A DNA stretch of 64,000 nucleotides from Thermoplasmata archaeon (GCA_022750115.1 JAKIWI010000001.1:222419-286418); one strand, 5' to 3'. Shown: positions 10,164-19,991, counted from the stretch's first letter. The notes: generated by a model from the letters alone, not told the origin. Numbers and translations are program-made.

Positions 10164-10649
10164 ATGGCCCGCTGGCTCGTCAAAGAGGAGCCGACCCACT
10201 ACTCGTTCGCCGACCTCCGCCGGGACGGGAGCGCCGAGTGGGACGGCGTGCACAACGCACTGGCGTTGCGGCACCTGAAGGCGATGCGCCGCGGCGACGA
10301 GGTCTTGTACTACCACTCCGGCGGCGAGCGCTCCGTGGTCGGGATCGCGCGCGTCGCGGGCGCGCCGTACGCGAACCCTTCGGACGACCGGGGTTCGTGG
10401 TCGGTACGCCTCGCGCCCGTGCGAACGCTTGCGACCGCGGTCCCCCTCTCGACCCTCAAGGCCGATGCGGCCCTCACCTCGTTCGACCTGGTTCGCATCG
10501 GGAGGCTTTCGGTGATGCCGGTCTCGGACGAGCAGTGGGCCCGCGTGCTATCGTTCGAGTCCAAGTCGAACGTCGTTCGTCAGAGCAGATCGGCCGCGCG
10601 TCGACCGAAGCGCCGAGCCGCCGCCGCCCGGAAGCGTTCGTCGACGTAG
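10164..10649 (+). CDS. EVE domain protein
   Basis: WLVKEEPTHYSF..WDGVHNALA..MRRGDEVLYYHS..GRLSVMPV. ATG 10164 follows GGAGG. Confidence 0.9.
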   Translation: MARWLVKEEPTHYSFADLRRDGSAEWDGVHNALALRHLKAMRRGDEVLYYHSGGERSVVGIARVAGAPYANPSDDRGSWSVRLAPVRTLATAVPLSTLKADAALTSFDLVRIGRLSVMPVSDEQWARVLSFESKSNVVRQSRSAARRPKRRAAAARKRSST

Positions 10650-11845
10650 ACGGCCGCGACCCAGACGCTCCGCGGCCGGAGCGCCAGCGCCCGCCAAACG
10701 CTCGGCGCCCGGAACGGGTGGACGATCTTCCCGTCCTCCTCGACGCCGACCTCGTTCCAGTCGGCGCCCGGCGCCTCCCGGCGGTCGAGCCCCGACAGGT
10801 CGAACAGCACCGCGCCCGGCGGGGCCCGGATCTGCTCCGCGAGTTCGTCCTCCCGCGCCCTTCGCTCCGCCGGGTCCCGCGCGAGCCGAACGAGCCCGCG
10901 GCGCTCGGCGGCTCCGAGCGACTTCCAGCCGACGAGCCGTTTCGGAAGTCGGCGCTCGAGGATGCCGCGCACGAGCTCGGCCGGGCGACCGCCTTCCTGC
11001 TGCAGCGCGACCAACAGGTCGGCGTCCGTTCCCGCCAGCAGAGGGCGAGCGGACTCCGGGTAGCCCCGGATCCGTTCGACCGCGCCCTGCGTCAGGACCT
11101 CGGCGGCGCGGACCGTCTTGTGGTAGTAGACGGACGAGTACATCAGTGCCCGACCGACGAGGAAGCCCTCGACGGCCTGGCGGCCTTTCTCGGCAAAGAC
11201 GAGGCGCGAGCGGCTCGCTCGGACCGTGTCGAGCAGTCGGACGGCATCGATCGCGCCGTGCCCCACGCCGGTGTAATGGGCATCCCGCTGGAGGTAGTCG
11301 ATGCGGTCGGCGTCGATCGCGCCGTGGAGCATCGCCCGCAGGAGCGGCGGGGGAGACGCTCCCGACGGGTCGACGAGGGCTGCGACCGATGGCGGTCGGA
11401 TTCCGTGGGACTCGAGGATCTCCGCGATCGTGGGTCCGGGTCCGCGGCCGAGCGCGTCGGGTCCCTCCGAGAGGATGGTGGCCCGGCTTCGGCCCTCGTG
11501 CCCGATCCCGACGACCTCCCGCAGCGTCGGTTCGAGAGTGTGCGAAAACGGCGTGTGACCCAGGTCATGGAGGAGTCCCCCCGCCGCGACCCGGGCCGTC
11601 GCCTCCTCGTCGAGGCCCAACCGCTCGGCCATCGTTCGCACGACCGCGTGGACGCCGAGCGAGTGCTCGAGCCGCGTGTGGTTGGCCCCCGGGAACACGA
11701 GGTGAGCCAATCCGGTCTGACGGATCCCCCAGAGGCGTTGGAACGCGCGGTGGCCGACGAGCTGGAGGAAGACGCCCTCCAGCGTGATCCCGCCGTGGAC
11801 CGGGTCGAAGATCGTCTTGCGAGCGACCCCGCGTTCGGCGGCCAT
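10580..11845 (-). CDS. HD-superfamily phosphohydrolase (dNTP triphosphohydrolase/SAMHD1-like, YwfO-like family)
   Basis: DPVHG, FQRL..IRQTG, HTRLEHSLG, LLHDLGH.PFSH, DADRIDYLQRD, MYSSVYYHK. Confidence 0.92.
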   Translation of the reverse strand: MAAERGVARKTIFDPVHGGITLEGVFLQLVGHRAFQRLWGIRQTGLAHLVFPGANHTRLEHSLGVHAVVRTMAERLGLDEEATARVAAGGLLHDLGHTPFSHTLEPTLREVVGIGHEGRSRATILSEGPDALGRGPGPTIAEILESHGIRPPSVAALVDPSGASPPPLLRAMLHGAIDADRIDYLQRDAHYTGVGHGAIDAVRLLDTVRASRSRLVFAEKGRQAVEGFLVGRALMYSSVYYHKTVRAAEVLTQGAVERIRGYPESARPLLAGTDADLLVALQQEGGRPAELVRGILERRLPKRLVGWKSLGAAERRGLVRLARDPAERRAREDELAEQIRAPPGAVLFDLSGLDRREAPGADWNEVGVEEDGKIVHPFRAPSVWRALALRPRSVWVAAVYVDERFRAAAARRFGRRAADLL

Positions 11846-11954
11846 CCGGCGCTCCGGAGCCCCGACGCGCGATAAAGCCGGGTCCTGCGCTCCGGCGGGG
11901 CTTCCCCGTTCGACGTACGTATTTATCGTCGAGCCCGGGTTCTCCTGATGCCCG

Positions 11955-14900
11955 ATGCCGGCCGCTTCCGAACCGGCGCGCCGCGAAGCCGTGGCTTCCC
12001 CACTCGAGGAGGCCCGGCGGCTCTACGCGGCGGCGCAGGACAATTCCATCCGCGACGACCGCGGCCGCCAGTCCGAGCGGCTGAAGGCGTTCCTCGCCTA
12101 CGTCGACGCCCACCAGGGCGATCTCGGGCGCGAGGGCGGGGAACTCTCGAAGAACCTCGACGACACCGCGGTCGCCTTCTACCGCTCGAACCAGCCGGAC
12201 CTGGCGCTCCGCGCCGCGGAGGTTGGCCTGGGGCTCGTCCCCGGTTCCTCCGCGCTCCTCCACCACAAGGCGCTCGTCCTGATCTCCCAGAACCGGGAAG
12301 TCGAAGGCGCCGTCGTTCTGCTCGACCGTGCGCTCGAGGCGAACCCGCACGACAAGTCGATCTGGGCGACCAAGGGCGATGCGCTGAAGCTCCAGGGAAG
12401 GGGCACCGAGGCCGCCGACGCCTACCTACGCGCCCAACAGCTCGACGTCGCCTCGATGCAGTACGTCGAGAAGGCCCTGAAGGCCGCGCCCGCCCATCCG
12501 GCAGCGCTCAAGGCGAAGCTCGAGCTCGCGCGCTCGCACGGTGGCAATCGCCCGGCGCTGGAAGCGGCCGAGGCGCTCCTCGTGGAGAACCCCGAGGACG
12601 AAGAGCTGCTGCTCGCGCGGGCCGAACTGCTCGCCGCCGTCGGGGATCTCGACCGGGCGCTCGTCGCCGTGGGTCCCCTCCGGACGAAGCGTCCCGCGGA
12701 TCCGCGCATTCTGATGCTGGAGGGCCGGCTCGACTTCGCGCTCGGGAAGCCCGCGGAAGCCGTGGTGGCGTTCCGCGCCGCGGTGGCCGGCCCGTCGCCG
12801 CTCGAATCGCCCCAGCTCGCCGAGATCGCCGAACGGCTGGAGGCGGCGGGGGCCGATGCCGCGCTCGCCATCGAGGTCCGGCAAAAGCTGCGGGCGTCCG
12901 ACCCGAAGAACGTCGCGAACCTCCAGGCGCTCCAAGAGCTCGCGCGCCGGACCGAGGACCCGACGCTCGGGATGGCCACCGCCCAGCAGATGCTCGAGTC
13001 GTCGCCCGACAACCTCGACGGGTTGCGATCGCTCGCAGAGTTCCAGCTGGCCGCCCACCACCCCGACGACGCGTTCGCAACGTACGCCCGGATCCAGAAG
13101 GCCCACCCGAACGCGACCGCGGAGCTTCGCAAGGCGATGGAGGCCGCGCGCGCCGTGGGCCGCGCCGACCTGATGGTCGGGTTCGCCCGCGCTCTCGTCG
13201 AGGAGGACCCGTCCGACCTCGCGGCGAAGGCCGAGCTCGCGAAGGCGCTCGAGGCGGCCGGAGACCGAGAAGGCGCGCTCGGACTCTACCGCGACCTTCT
13301 GAACCGCCAGCCCGAGACGTCCGAGTGGGTCCACGAGACCGCCCGCCTCCTGCGCGACCTGGGACGCACCGACGAGCTCCCGGCCGTCTACGACGTCCTG
13401 TTCCGCCTCGACCCGACCCGCTCCGACCTCGCCCTCGAGCGGGGGAACCTGATGCTCGGCATCGCGCTCGCGAAGGCGGAAGGGTCGGCCGAGCGTTCGG
13501 AGGCGGCCCGGTCCGCGCTCGTCTCCTACGAACGGGCCTCTGTCGACCCGAACCTCGCCGAACCGAGCCTGCTCGGCCTCGCCCGGGCCTCGCGCGTCGT
13601 GGGCGACCACGACCGCGCGATCCTCGCGTATCGGCAGTTCCTGCAACTCGGCACGAACGCGGGTCGGGGGGACGTCAAGAAAGAGCTCGGCCACGCGCTC
13701 CGCGAGACCGGCCAGCTCGCCGCCGCCGAGACGACGTACCAGGAGGCGCTCGACCTCGGCGTCGAGGACCCGGACCTTCTCTGGGGCGCCGTCGAGGTCC
13801 TGAGCCAACAGAACGAGGAGGAGAAGGCGCTCCGATTCGTCGAGGCGCTGCTACGGCGCGAGCCCCAGAACCCGTTGTTCCTTCGCCGGCGCGGTCAACT
13901 GCTCCTCAAGGCCGGCCGCCGGACCGAGGGCCTCCAGGCGCTCCGCACCGCGGTCGAGGCGGCCGGCGCGGACCCGCACGTCCGATTCGAAGTCGCCGAG
14001 GCGCTCCGCGCCGGCGGCGCCTACGCCGACGCGGTCCAACAGTACCGACAGGCGCTCCAGCTCGACCCGAAGAGCCGGCCGGGCCGGCTCGCGCTCGCGG
14101 AGACACTGACCGTCGCCGGGCGATACAACGAGGCGATCCCGATCATCGATGAGCTCCTGACCGAGGACCCGAACGACATCGGGGCCTGGCAGTCGCGGGC
14201 CAACGCCTACCGGGCGCTCGGCCGGACCGCCGACCTGCAGTACTCCCTGAAGGCGATCCTGCTCCTCGATCCGAACCACGCCCCGGCGCTTCTCGAGAAG
14301 TTCCGGATGCACCAGGCGGCCGGGGAATCGGGGGACGCCTACGACGCGCTCCACCAGCTGCTCGCCTCGGAGGCGGCCGACGCCGCCGACCCCGCACTGT
14401 TCCTGCAAGCCGGCGACCTCGCCGCCGAGCTCGGCCGCGGCGAAGAGGCGAACCGCGCCTACGAGCGCGCCGCCCAGCTGGAGCCGGGCCTGATCGGGGA
14501 GATCGCGAACCGCCGCGCCCGGCTCCGGCTCGCGGCCGGCCGCCCCGACCTCGCGCTCGAAGTACTCGATCAGACGCTCGCCCAGGGTCCGCCCGGCGAG
14601 GGACCGATCGGCACTCTGCTGCTCCGCGCCGAGATCCTGATGGCGCTCGAGCGACAGCCCGAGGCCGTCGCGGTCTTCGAGCTGGTCCGGCAGAAGGAGC
14701 CCCGCGCCCCCGCGGCGCTCGCCGGCATCGGCCGCGCGCTCCTCGACCAGGGAAAGCACGGCGAGGCGAAGACGTTCCTCTCGCAGGCCATCCCCCAAGT
14801 TCCCCCCAACGCGACGATGTTCCTCCTTCTCGCGGAGGCCGAGAGCGGCCTCGGGGAGATTCCCGCGGCGGTGGAGGCGGTCCGGAGAGGGACGGAGGTT

Positions 14901-16433
14901 CTCCCGAAATCGACCGAGCTCTGGATCCGTCTCGGGGAGCTCTACATCGCTCGCGAGGCGTGGTCCGACGCGGCCGGCGCCTACGCTCACGGGATCGCGC
15001 TCGACGGCGCGAACCCGGAGTACCTGCTCCGCGCCGGATTCGTGGCCGGCCGGCTCGCCCACCCTCACGAGGCGCTGGCTCTCTACGAGCGCGCCACCCA
15101 GGTCGCACCGGCGAACAAGTACGCCTGGTGCAGCCGGGGGCTCGCGCTGCTCGAGACGGGACGGCCCGAGGACGCGCGCGAGAGCTTCGACCGCTCCCTC
15201 GCCCTCGACTCCGATTTCGTCGCGGCCAAGGAGGGCCGGGCGTCCGCGCTCCAAAAGACGCGCGAGGCCCAGGTCGAGCACTTCGGGCGGGAGGCGCTGC
15301 TCCTCGAGGCGCGCACACGGCGTGCCGTGAACCGCAACGACCTGTTCGTCACCCTCCACGTCCCGTTCGACCTGCTCGACCCGGTCTTGCAGGCGCTCTC
15401 GCGCAACGTGAAGGTCGACGTCGACCGCCTCGATGAGGAGGAGATGAAGGAGCTCGAGGGGGCCTCCTACCGTCTCGTTGCGGCCGCGCTCGAGCACCGG
15501 CCCGAGGGGCTCGACCGCCGCGGGTTCTCGCTCGCCGACGTGGCGGTGCTCTGTCCCCCGGGAACCTCCCTCGCCCAGATCCAGCGGCTGTTCGGCTACG
15601 TGCGATCCGTCCTGGAGCGGGACGTCCGTCCCGAGAACTTGCAGCTCACTCCCGACGTCGAAGAGCTCGCCCGCCGCGCTCTGCTCCTTCCCGAGAACCA
15701 GCGGACCCTGTTTCAGCTGGTCCGCACGCTGAAGGTCGGTCTGTTCAAAGCGCGCCTCATCAAGGCCGTCGAGTCCGCGGGGTCTGCCGTCCACGCCCCG
15801 CTGCCGTCCTTGGACCTCGGCCAGTACACGCCCGAGTTCCGGTCGGCCGAGGGCGTCGAACCGGACGATGCGGACTTCTTCCCGCCCACCTCGGGCGGAG
15901 GGCCGGCCGGGCCGTCGGGCCCCTCGGCGCAGCCTTCGCCGGCGGGTACCGTCGGGCGCTCGAGCGCCGTCGGCGTTGCCGCACCTCGGTCGGCCCCCCA
16001 CGGCGCCCGATGTGCGGGCTGTGGCGGCGTGGCGTCCATCGTCCACGGATGTGGCGCTCCGGTCTGCATGCACTGCATCGCGGAGTTCCACACCTGCCCG
16101 AAGTGTGGGCAGGCGGTGAGGCTCCCCTCGGCCCCCTCGCCGAGCTCGGACCCACGCGCCGGGGCGGGACCGACCCATCCTGCGAGTGGATCGAGGCCCC
16201 CGCGTCCCGCGAAAGAGCCCGGGGCCTCGCACTCTCCCTCCGAACCCGCGGCGCACGCGGCCCGAGCGGCGCACGAGAAGTCCTCCTCGGAAGCGGCATC
16301 GAAGCCCGCCGCGACTCGGCCGGCGGCGCCCCCGCATCCGCCCGCGACTTCGCCGAACCCCCCGCCAACCGCGGCCGACGTGAAGCCGCCCCGTCCTCCG
16401 CGCGAACGGACCGACGAAGAACCCCGTCTCTGA
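11955..16433 (+). CDS. Giant TPR-repeat protein (1492 aa) with a C-terminal helical domain, a Cys-rich RING-like finger and a Pro-rich tail
   Basis: Many ~34-aa TPR units (A..L..G...EA...Y..AL.LDP), and CAGC..HGCG..VCMHC..CPKC near the C-terminus. TTTATC box upstream. Confidence 0.85.
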   Translation: MPAASEPARREAVASPLEEARRLYAAAQDNSIRDDRGRQSERLKAFLAYVDAHQGDLGREGGELSKNLDDTAVAFYRSNQPDLALRAAEVGLGLVPGSSALLHHKALVLISQNREVEGAVVLLDRALEANPHDKSIWATKGDALKLQGRGTEAADAYLRAQQLDVASMQYVEKALKAAPAHPAALKAKLELARSHGGNRPALEAAEALLVENPEDEELLLARAELLAAVGDLDRALVAVGPLRTKRPADPRILMLEGRLDFALGKPAEAVVAFRAAVAGPSPLESPQLAEIAERLEAAGADAALAIEVRQKLRASDPKNVANLQALQELARRTEDPTLGMATAQQMLESSPDNLDGLRSLAEFQLAAHHPDDAFATYARIQKAHPNATAELRKAMEAARAVGRADLMVGFARALVEEDPSDLAAKAELAKALEAAGDREGALGLYRDLLNRQPETSEWVHETARLLRDLGRTDELPAVYDVLFRLDPTRSDLALERGNLMLGIALAKAEGSAERSEAARSALVSYERASVDPNLAEPSLLGLARASRVVGDHDRAILAYRQFLQLGTNAGRGDVKKELGHALRETGQLAAAETTYQEALDLGVEDPDLLWGAVEVLSQQNEEEKALRFVEALLRREPQNPLFLRRRGQLLLKAGRRTEGLQALRTAVEAAGADPHVRFEVAEALRAGGAYADAVQQYRQALQLDPKSRPGRLALAETLTVAGRYNEAIPIIDELLTEDPNDIGAWQSRANAYRALGRTADLQYSLKAILLLDPNHAPALLEKFRMHQAAGESGDAYDALHQLLASEAADAADPALFLQAGDLAAELGRGEEANRAYERAAQLEPGLIGEIANRRARLRLAAGRPDLALEVLDQTLAQGPPGEGPIGTLLLRAEILMALERQPEAVAVFELVRQKEPRAPAALAGIGRALLDQGKHGEAKTFLSQAIPQVPPNATMFLLLAEAESGLGEIPAAVEAVRRGTEVLPKSTELWIRLGELYIAREAWSDAAGAYAHGIALDGANPEYLLRAGFVAGRLAHPHEALALYERATQVAPANKYAWCSRGLALLETGRPEDARESFDRSLALDSDFVAAKEGRASALQKTREAQVEHFGREALLLEARTRRAVNRNDLFVTLHVPFDLLDPVLQALSRNVKVDVDRLDEEEMKELEGASYRLVAAALEHRPEGLDRRGFSLADVAVLCPPGTSLAQIQRLFGYVRSVLERDVRPENLQLTPDVEELARRALLLPENQRTLFQLVRTLKVGLFKARLIKAVESAGSAVHAPLPSLDLGQYTPEFRSAEGVEPDDADFFPPTSGGGPAGPSGPSAQPSPAGTVGRSSAVGVAAPRSAPHGARCAGCGGVASIVHGCGAPVCMHCIAEFHTCPKCGQAVRLPSAPSPSSDPRAGAGPTHPASGSRPPRPAKEPGASHSPSEPAAHAARAAHEKSSSEAASKPAATRPAAPPHPPATSPNPPPTAADVKPPRPPRERTDEEPRL

Positions 16434-16509
16434 CACGCTAAGTCACGGCGCGGCGTTCGAGAGGAATCATATACCACCCCCCACCTCGTTTTCCGTCGGG
16501 ACCCCGACG

Positions 16510-17034
16510 ATGAAGACCGAAATCGCTCCGCCACCCTCCCCCGTCTTGGGGGCCGCCATCGTCGTCGGCTTCGCGCTGGTCGCCGGGCTGGTGTTCGCGG
16601 CGATCCTCCTCGCCGTTCCCCAGAACAACCACTTCTTCAGCCTCCTCGCGGTGGGAATCCTCTGTCTGGTGTTCTCCCTCGGAGCGTACCTCGCGCAGGC
16701 CGCGGTGCCGAGCCCAGGCGCCATCCGTGCCCTGTCGTGGGGATTCGGCGGGGCCGGATTCACCGTCCTGTTCGGCACGATCCTGTTCGACTCGGCGGGG
16801 ATCCTGTTCTTCCTCGAGCAACTCGTCGCGGTCATCATCGTCGCCCTGTTCCTCCTCGTCGCCCTCGGCGGCGCGTACTGGCGCCACCGCGCGCTCGCGC
16901 TCACCGCGGTTCGGATGGAGCGGCGCGCCGACTGGCAGTCGCAAGCACCCCGCTCGGCCCTGGACTATCCCGCGGCCCAGCACGACCGGGAGGTCACGTC
17001 CAGTAGCTCGTCCGCCACCAAAGGTCCTCCATGA
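16510..17034 (+). CDS. Four-TM hypothetical membrane protein
   Basis: Four hydrophobic segments; ATGA overlap with the next gene. Confidence 0.75.
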   Translation: MKTEIAPPPSPVLGAAIVVGFALVAGLVFAAILLAVPQNNHFFSLLAVGILCLVFSLGAYLAQAAVPSPGAIRALSWGFGGAGFTVLFGTILFDSAGILFFLEQLVAVIIVALFLLVALGGAYWRHRALALTAVRMERRADWQSQAPRSALDYPAAQHDREVTSSSSSATKGPP

Positions 17035-17729
17035 GCACCCCCGCGGGACTCCCGCCCCCTCCGCCTCCGGCCCCCGCGCCGGTTGGCGGATCGCAAACGT
17101 GCCCGAAATGCCAGGCGACGAACGCGCCCGACGGCCGATTCTGCTCGCGCTGCGGAGCTCCGCTTTCGGGCGGGGCCCCGTCCGCCGCTCCGGCCTCCGG
17201 CCCGCCCGTCGACATCCGGAACCGGGTCGACCAGGACCGCGGGTTCCTGAAGAAGGTCCAGCTGCTCCTCCCCGGATTCCGTGGCTATCGACAGGGCGAA
17301 GACGACCGGCAGGCCGACAGCATCCTGCGACTCCAGGTCGCCGACCGCGTCCATCGCGCCGGGACGATCGTGACGACGGCGCGGGCGAGTCTCGCGAACT
17401 CCGGCGACTTTGTCCACCTGAACGACCTCGCCCAGATCGCGTCCGAGCTCAATGTCCTCGAAGGCCAGATCCGCCACGCCGAGCAGGGCTACACCGGCAT
17501 CAGCCCCGCGACGCGGATCAACACGACGGCGCTCGACCGCCTCTACGAGTACGACTACGGGTTCGTCGCGGCGGCGGACTCGCTGACCCAGGCGCTGGCG
17601 CCGCTGAACGTTCCCTCCCCCTCTCCGTCCGCCGCCGACGCCGGCATCCAGGCGGCTCGCGACATGATCCGTCAGCTGCAAGCCGCGTTCCAGGCTCGGA
17701 CGAAAGCGGTTCAAGGAATCCAGGTTTAG
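17031..17729 (+). CDS. Zinc ribbon plus helical domain protein (uncharacterised SPFH-operon partner)
   Basis: CPKC..NAPDGRFCSRCG ribbon followed by an amphipathic helical domain (LKKVQLLLPGFRGY..E..R.AD..LR). Confidence 0.8.
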   Translation: MSTPAGLPPPPPPAPAPVGGSQTCPKCQATNAPDGRFCSRCGAPLSGGAPSAAPASGPPVDIRNRVDQDRGFLKKVQLLLPGFRGYRQGEDDRQADSILRLQVADRVHRAGTIVTTARASLANSGDFVHLNDLAQIASELNVLEGQIRHAEQGYTGISPATRINTTALDRLYEYDYGFVAAADSLTQALAPLNVPSPSPSAADAGIQAARDMIRQLQAAFQARTKAVQGIQV

Positions 17730-17741
17730 GTACGGTCCACC

Positions 17742-18926
17742 ATGGTCACGAACAATCCGGTGCCCCCGAAGGGCGGCAGTCTGCTCGGCGCGACGACCGT
17801 CGTCTGGGAAGACGCCTACAAGGGTCCGAACGTGATGTGGCGGGTCCCCCGCAACATCCGATACGGCGACAACGTCGTCGTTCGCGAGGATGAGACGGCC
17901 GTCTTTTTCCGCGACGGCAAGGTTCTCGCCTACCTGGACCGCCCCGACCGCTACGCCCTCACGAGCCTCAATGCGGGCATCGTCGGCAACCTGATCCAGT
18001 CGATCAGCGGCGTCCGCCAGGAGGCCGAGGTCTACTACCTACAGAAGCGGCCGTTCGACGGGAAGTTCGGGAGTCAGGAGCCCTACATCTTCAAGGACCC
18101 CGACTTCGGCCTCGTCAGCCTCCGGGTCTTCGGCGACTACCGCTGGAAGGTCGGAGGGCCCGACCTGTTCATCAGCCAGTTCGTCGGCACGTTCGGCGCG
18201 GCCACGACGTCCGACGTCGAGACGCGTCTGCGCGACCAGATGGTGCTGCTCGTCTACAACACCCTCGGGAAGCTGAAGGACCAGGGCATGCACGTCACGG
18301 ATCTCGCGAGCCAGCTCTCCACGATCGAGCAGGCGGTGCTCGGCTTCGCGCCGCAACACTTCCAGACGCTCGGCGTCGAGCTCGTCCAACTCCAGGGCCT
18401 GTCCGTGAACCTCCCCGACGAGGTCCAGAAGGCCGTCAACACGCGCTCGACGATGAGCGTCCTCGGCGTGAACTACATGCAATACCAGGCCGGCCAGGCC
18501 CTGACGACCGCGGCCGCGAATCAGTCCGGCGGCGCCGGCCAGTTCGCGGGCGCCGGCGTGGGCCTCGGCGCCGGGCTCGGCATGGGCTACGGAATGGCGG
18601 GCACGATGCAGGGCGCCTACCAGGGTGGCGGTATGGCCGGTGGTGGGCCTGGTGGCTCGACCCCTTGCCCGAAGTGCTCCGCGCTTGTCCCCGCCGGATC
18701 CAAGTTCTGCCCGTCGTGCGGGACGACCTTCGGAGCCCCGCCCCCGGCGGCGAACGGTCCACCTTGCCCCAAGTGCGGCACGGTCAGCGCGGCGGGTCTG
18801 AAGTTCTGTCCGAACTGCGGAACGTCGCTCGCTCCCGCGCCCCCGCGCACGTGCCCGAAATGCCAGGCGAGCGTCGCCGGCGCCGGCAAGTTCTGCCCGA
18901 ACTGCGGTAGCGAGCTTCCGCCGTAG
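17742..18926 (+). CDS. SPFH/Band-7 domain protein with three C-terminal zinc ribbons (YdjI-like)
   Basis: VVVREDETAVFFRDGK, KFGSQEP..FKDPDFG.V.LR.FG.Y, Gly-rich GAGVGLGAGLGMG, and three CPxC..KFCPxCG units. Confidence 0.88.
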   Translation: MVTNNPVPPKGGSLLGATTVVWEDAYKGPNVMWRVPRNIRYGDNVVVREDETAVFFRDGKVLAYLDRPDRYALTSLNAGIVGNLIQSISGVRQEAEVYYLQKRPFDGKFGSQEPYIFKDPDFGLVSLRVFGDYRWKVGGPDLFISQFVGTFGAATTSDVETRLRDQMVLLVYNTLGKLKDQGMHVTDLASQLSTIEQAVLGFAPQHFQTLGVELVQLQGLSVNLPDEVQKAVNTRSTMSVLGVNYMQYQAGQALTTAAANQSGGAGQFAGAGVGLGAGLGMGYGMAGTMQGAYQGGGMAGGGPGGSTPCPKCSALVPAGSKFCPSCGTTFGAPPPAANGPPCPKCGTVSAAGLKFCPNCGTSLAPAPPRTCPKCQASVAGAGKFCPNCGSELPP

Positions 18927-18953
18927 GCCGAGAGCGCGAGGGAGGGAACGGCC

Positions 18954-19955
18954 CTGTACTGCGTCGTCTGCCGCGCCGAGCTCCCGCCGAACGCCCGGTT
19001 CTGCTTCGCGTGCGGCTCGCCCGTTTCGGGCGCGCCCGGAGCTCCACCGTCGGCCGGCGGCGGTCTTCCGCCACCGCCTCCCCCGGCTCCCAGCGCCAAG
19101 GTCGTCGCGGCCGCCGGGACGGAGTCCCTGAACTGCCCGTCCTGCGGAGCCCCCGTGCACCCGACGTTGGGCGACATGGTCCTGACGTGCGACTACTGCG
19201 GTGCCTCGGTCAGCCTGGGCGGGGCGGGCTGGACGGCGGTCGGGAAACACACGCTCCTGACCCCCCAGGTGAACGGGTCCGACCCGGCGCTCGCGATCGT
19301 CCGCCAGTACCTCGACCAGGGGTTCCTGCATCGCAAGATGTTCGAGGAGTCGAAGATCGTCGAGTCGAAGCTCTCCTTCGTTCCGTTCTGGATCGTGCCG
19401 ACGAGCGCGACGACGAACTACACGTACACCGACGTCGCGGTCGGCGTTGGCTCGACGGTCGGGTCGATCGCGGCGGCCGAGGTCCTCGGCGCCGCCCTGG
19501 GCGGCCGCCGCGGCGGCGGGGGGTTCATCCCGATCCCGGTCATGATGGGCTCGCCGGTGAACGCGACCCGCCAGGACGCGATCGTCGGGCAGTACGACTT
19601 CCCCGTCGTCGCGGTCAAAGGCATGAGCGCCTACCAGCCGAAGAACTACAGCTTCGCGCTCGCCGAGCGCGTGATCTTCGACAAGAAGCTGATCCCGAGC
19701 GGTGCGACGATCCTCAACGGCGACCTCGGGGAGGACGCGGCGCAGCACTCGGCCCGCGCCTACGTCATGCAACTGCAGACCGAGGCGGCGCACAAACGCC
19801 ACTACATGGTGAGCGGGCTCAACTGCAACGTCGAGGTGTCGGACGCGGAGCTTCTCCACGTCCCGATCTGGTACTTCAAGCTCGACCACAAGGGCGAGGC
19901 CGCGATGGTACTGATCGACTCCCACTCCTCGCGCGTCATGCAAACGGTCACGTAG
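18954..19955 (+). CDS. Zinc-ribbon protein (YdjG-like), probable CTG start
   Basis: In frame upstream of the GTG at 19155 lies LYCVVC..NARFCFACG..LNCPSCGAP. GGAGG lies 8 nt before CTG 18954. Later motifs are CDYCG, FVPFW and HVPIW. Confidence 0.75.
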   Translation: MYCVVCRAELPPNARFCFACGSPVSGAPGAPPSAGGGLPPPPPPAPSAKVVAAAGTESLNCPSCGAPVHPTLGDMVLTCDYCGASVSLGGAGWTAVGKHTLLTPQVNGSDPALAIVRQYLDQGFLHRKMFEESKIVESKLSFVPFWIVPTSATTNYTYTDVAVGVGSTVGSIAAAEVLGAALGGRRGGGGFIPIPVMMGSPVNATRQDAIVGQYDFPVVAVKGMSAYQPKNYSFALAERVIFDKKLIPSGATILNGDLGEDAAQHSARAYVMQLQTEAAHKRHYMVSGLNCNVEVSDAELLHVPIWYFKLDHKGEAAMVLIDSHSSRVMQTVT

Positions 19956-19991
19956 GCCCACCGAAAGATCGGCGTCGACCGTCGGTTCCCA

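Noticed and set aside
18924-18926. Pyrrolysine recoding of the in-frame TAG
   Set aside because: There are no pyl genes or methylamine methyltransferases in the window, TAG ends many genes here, and SD plus CTG is a simpler explanation.
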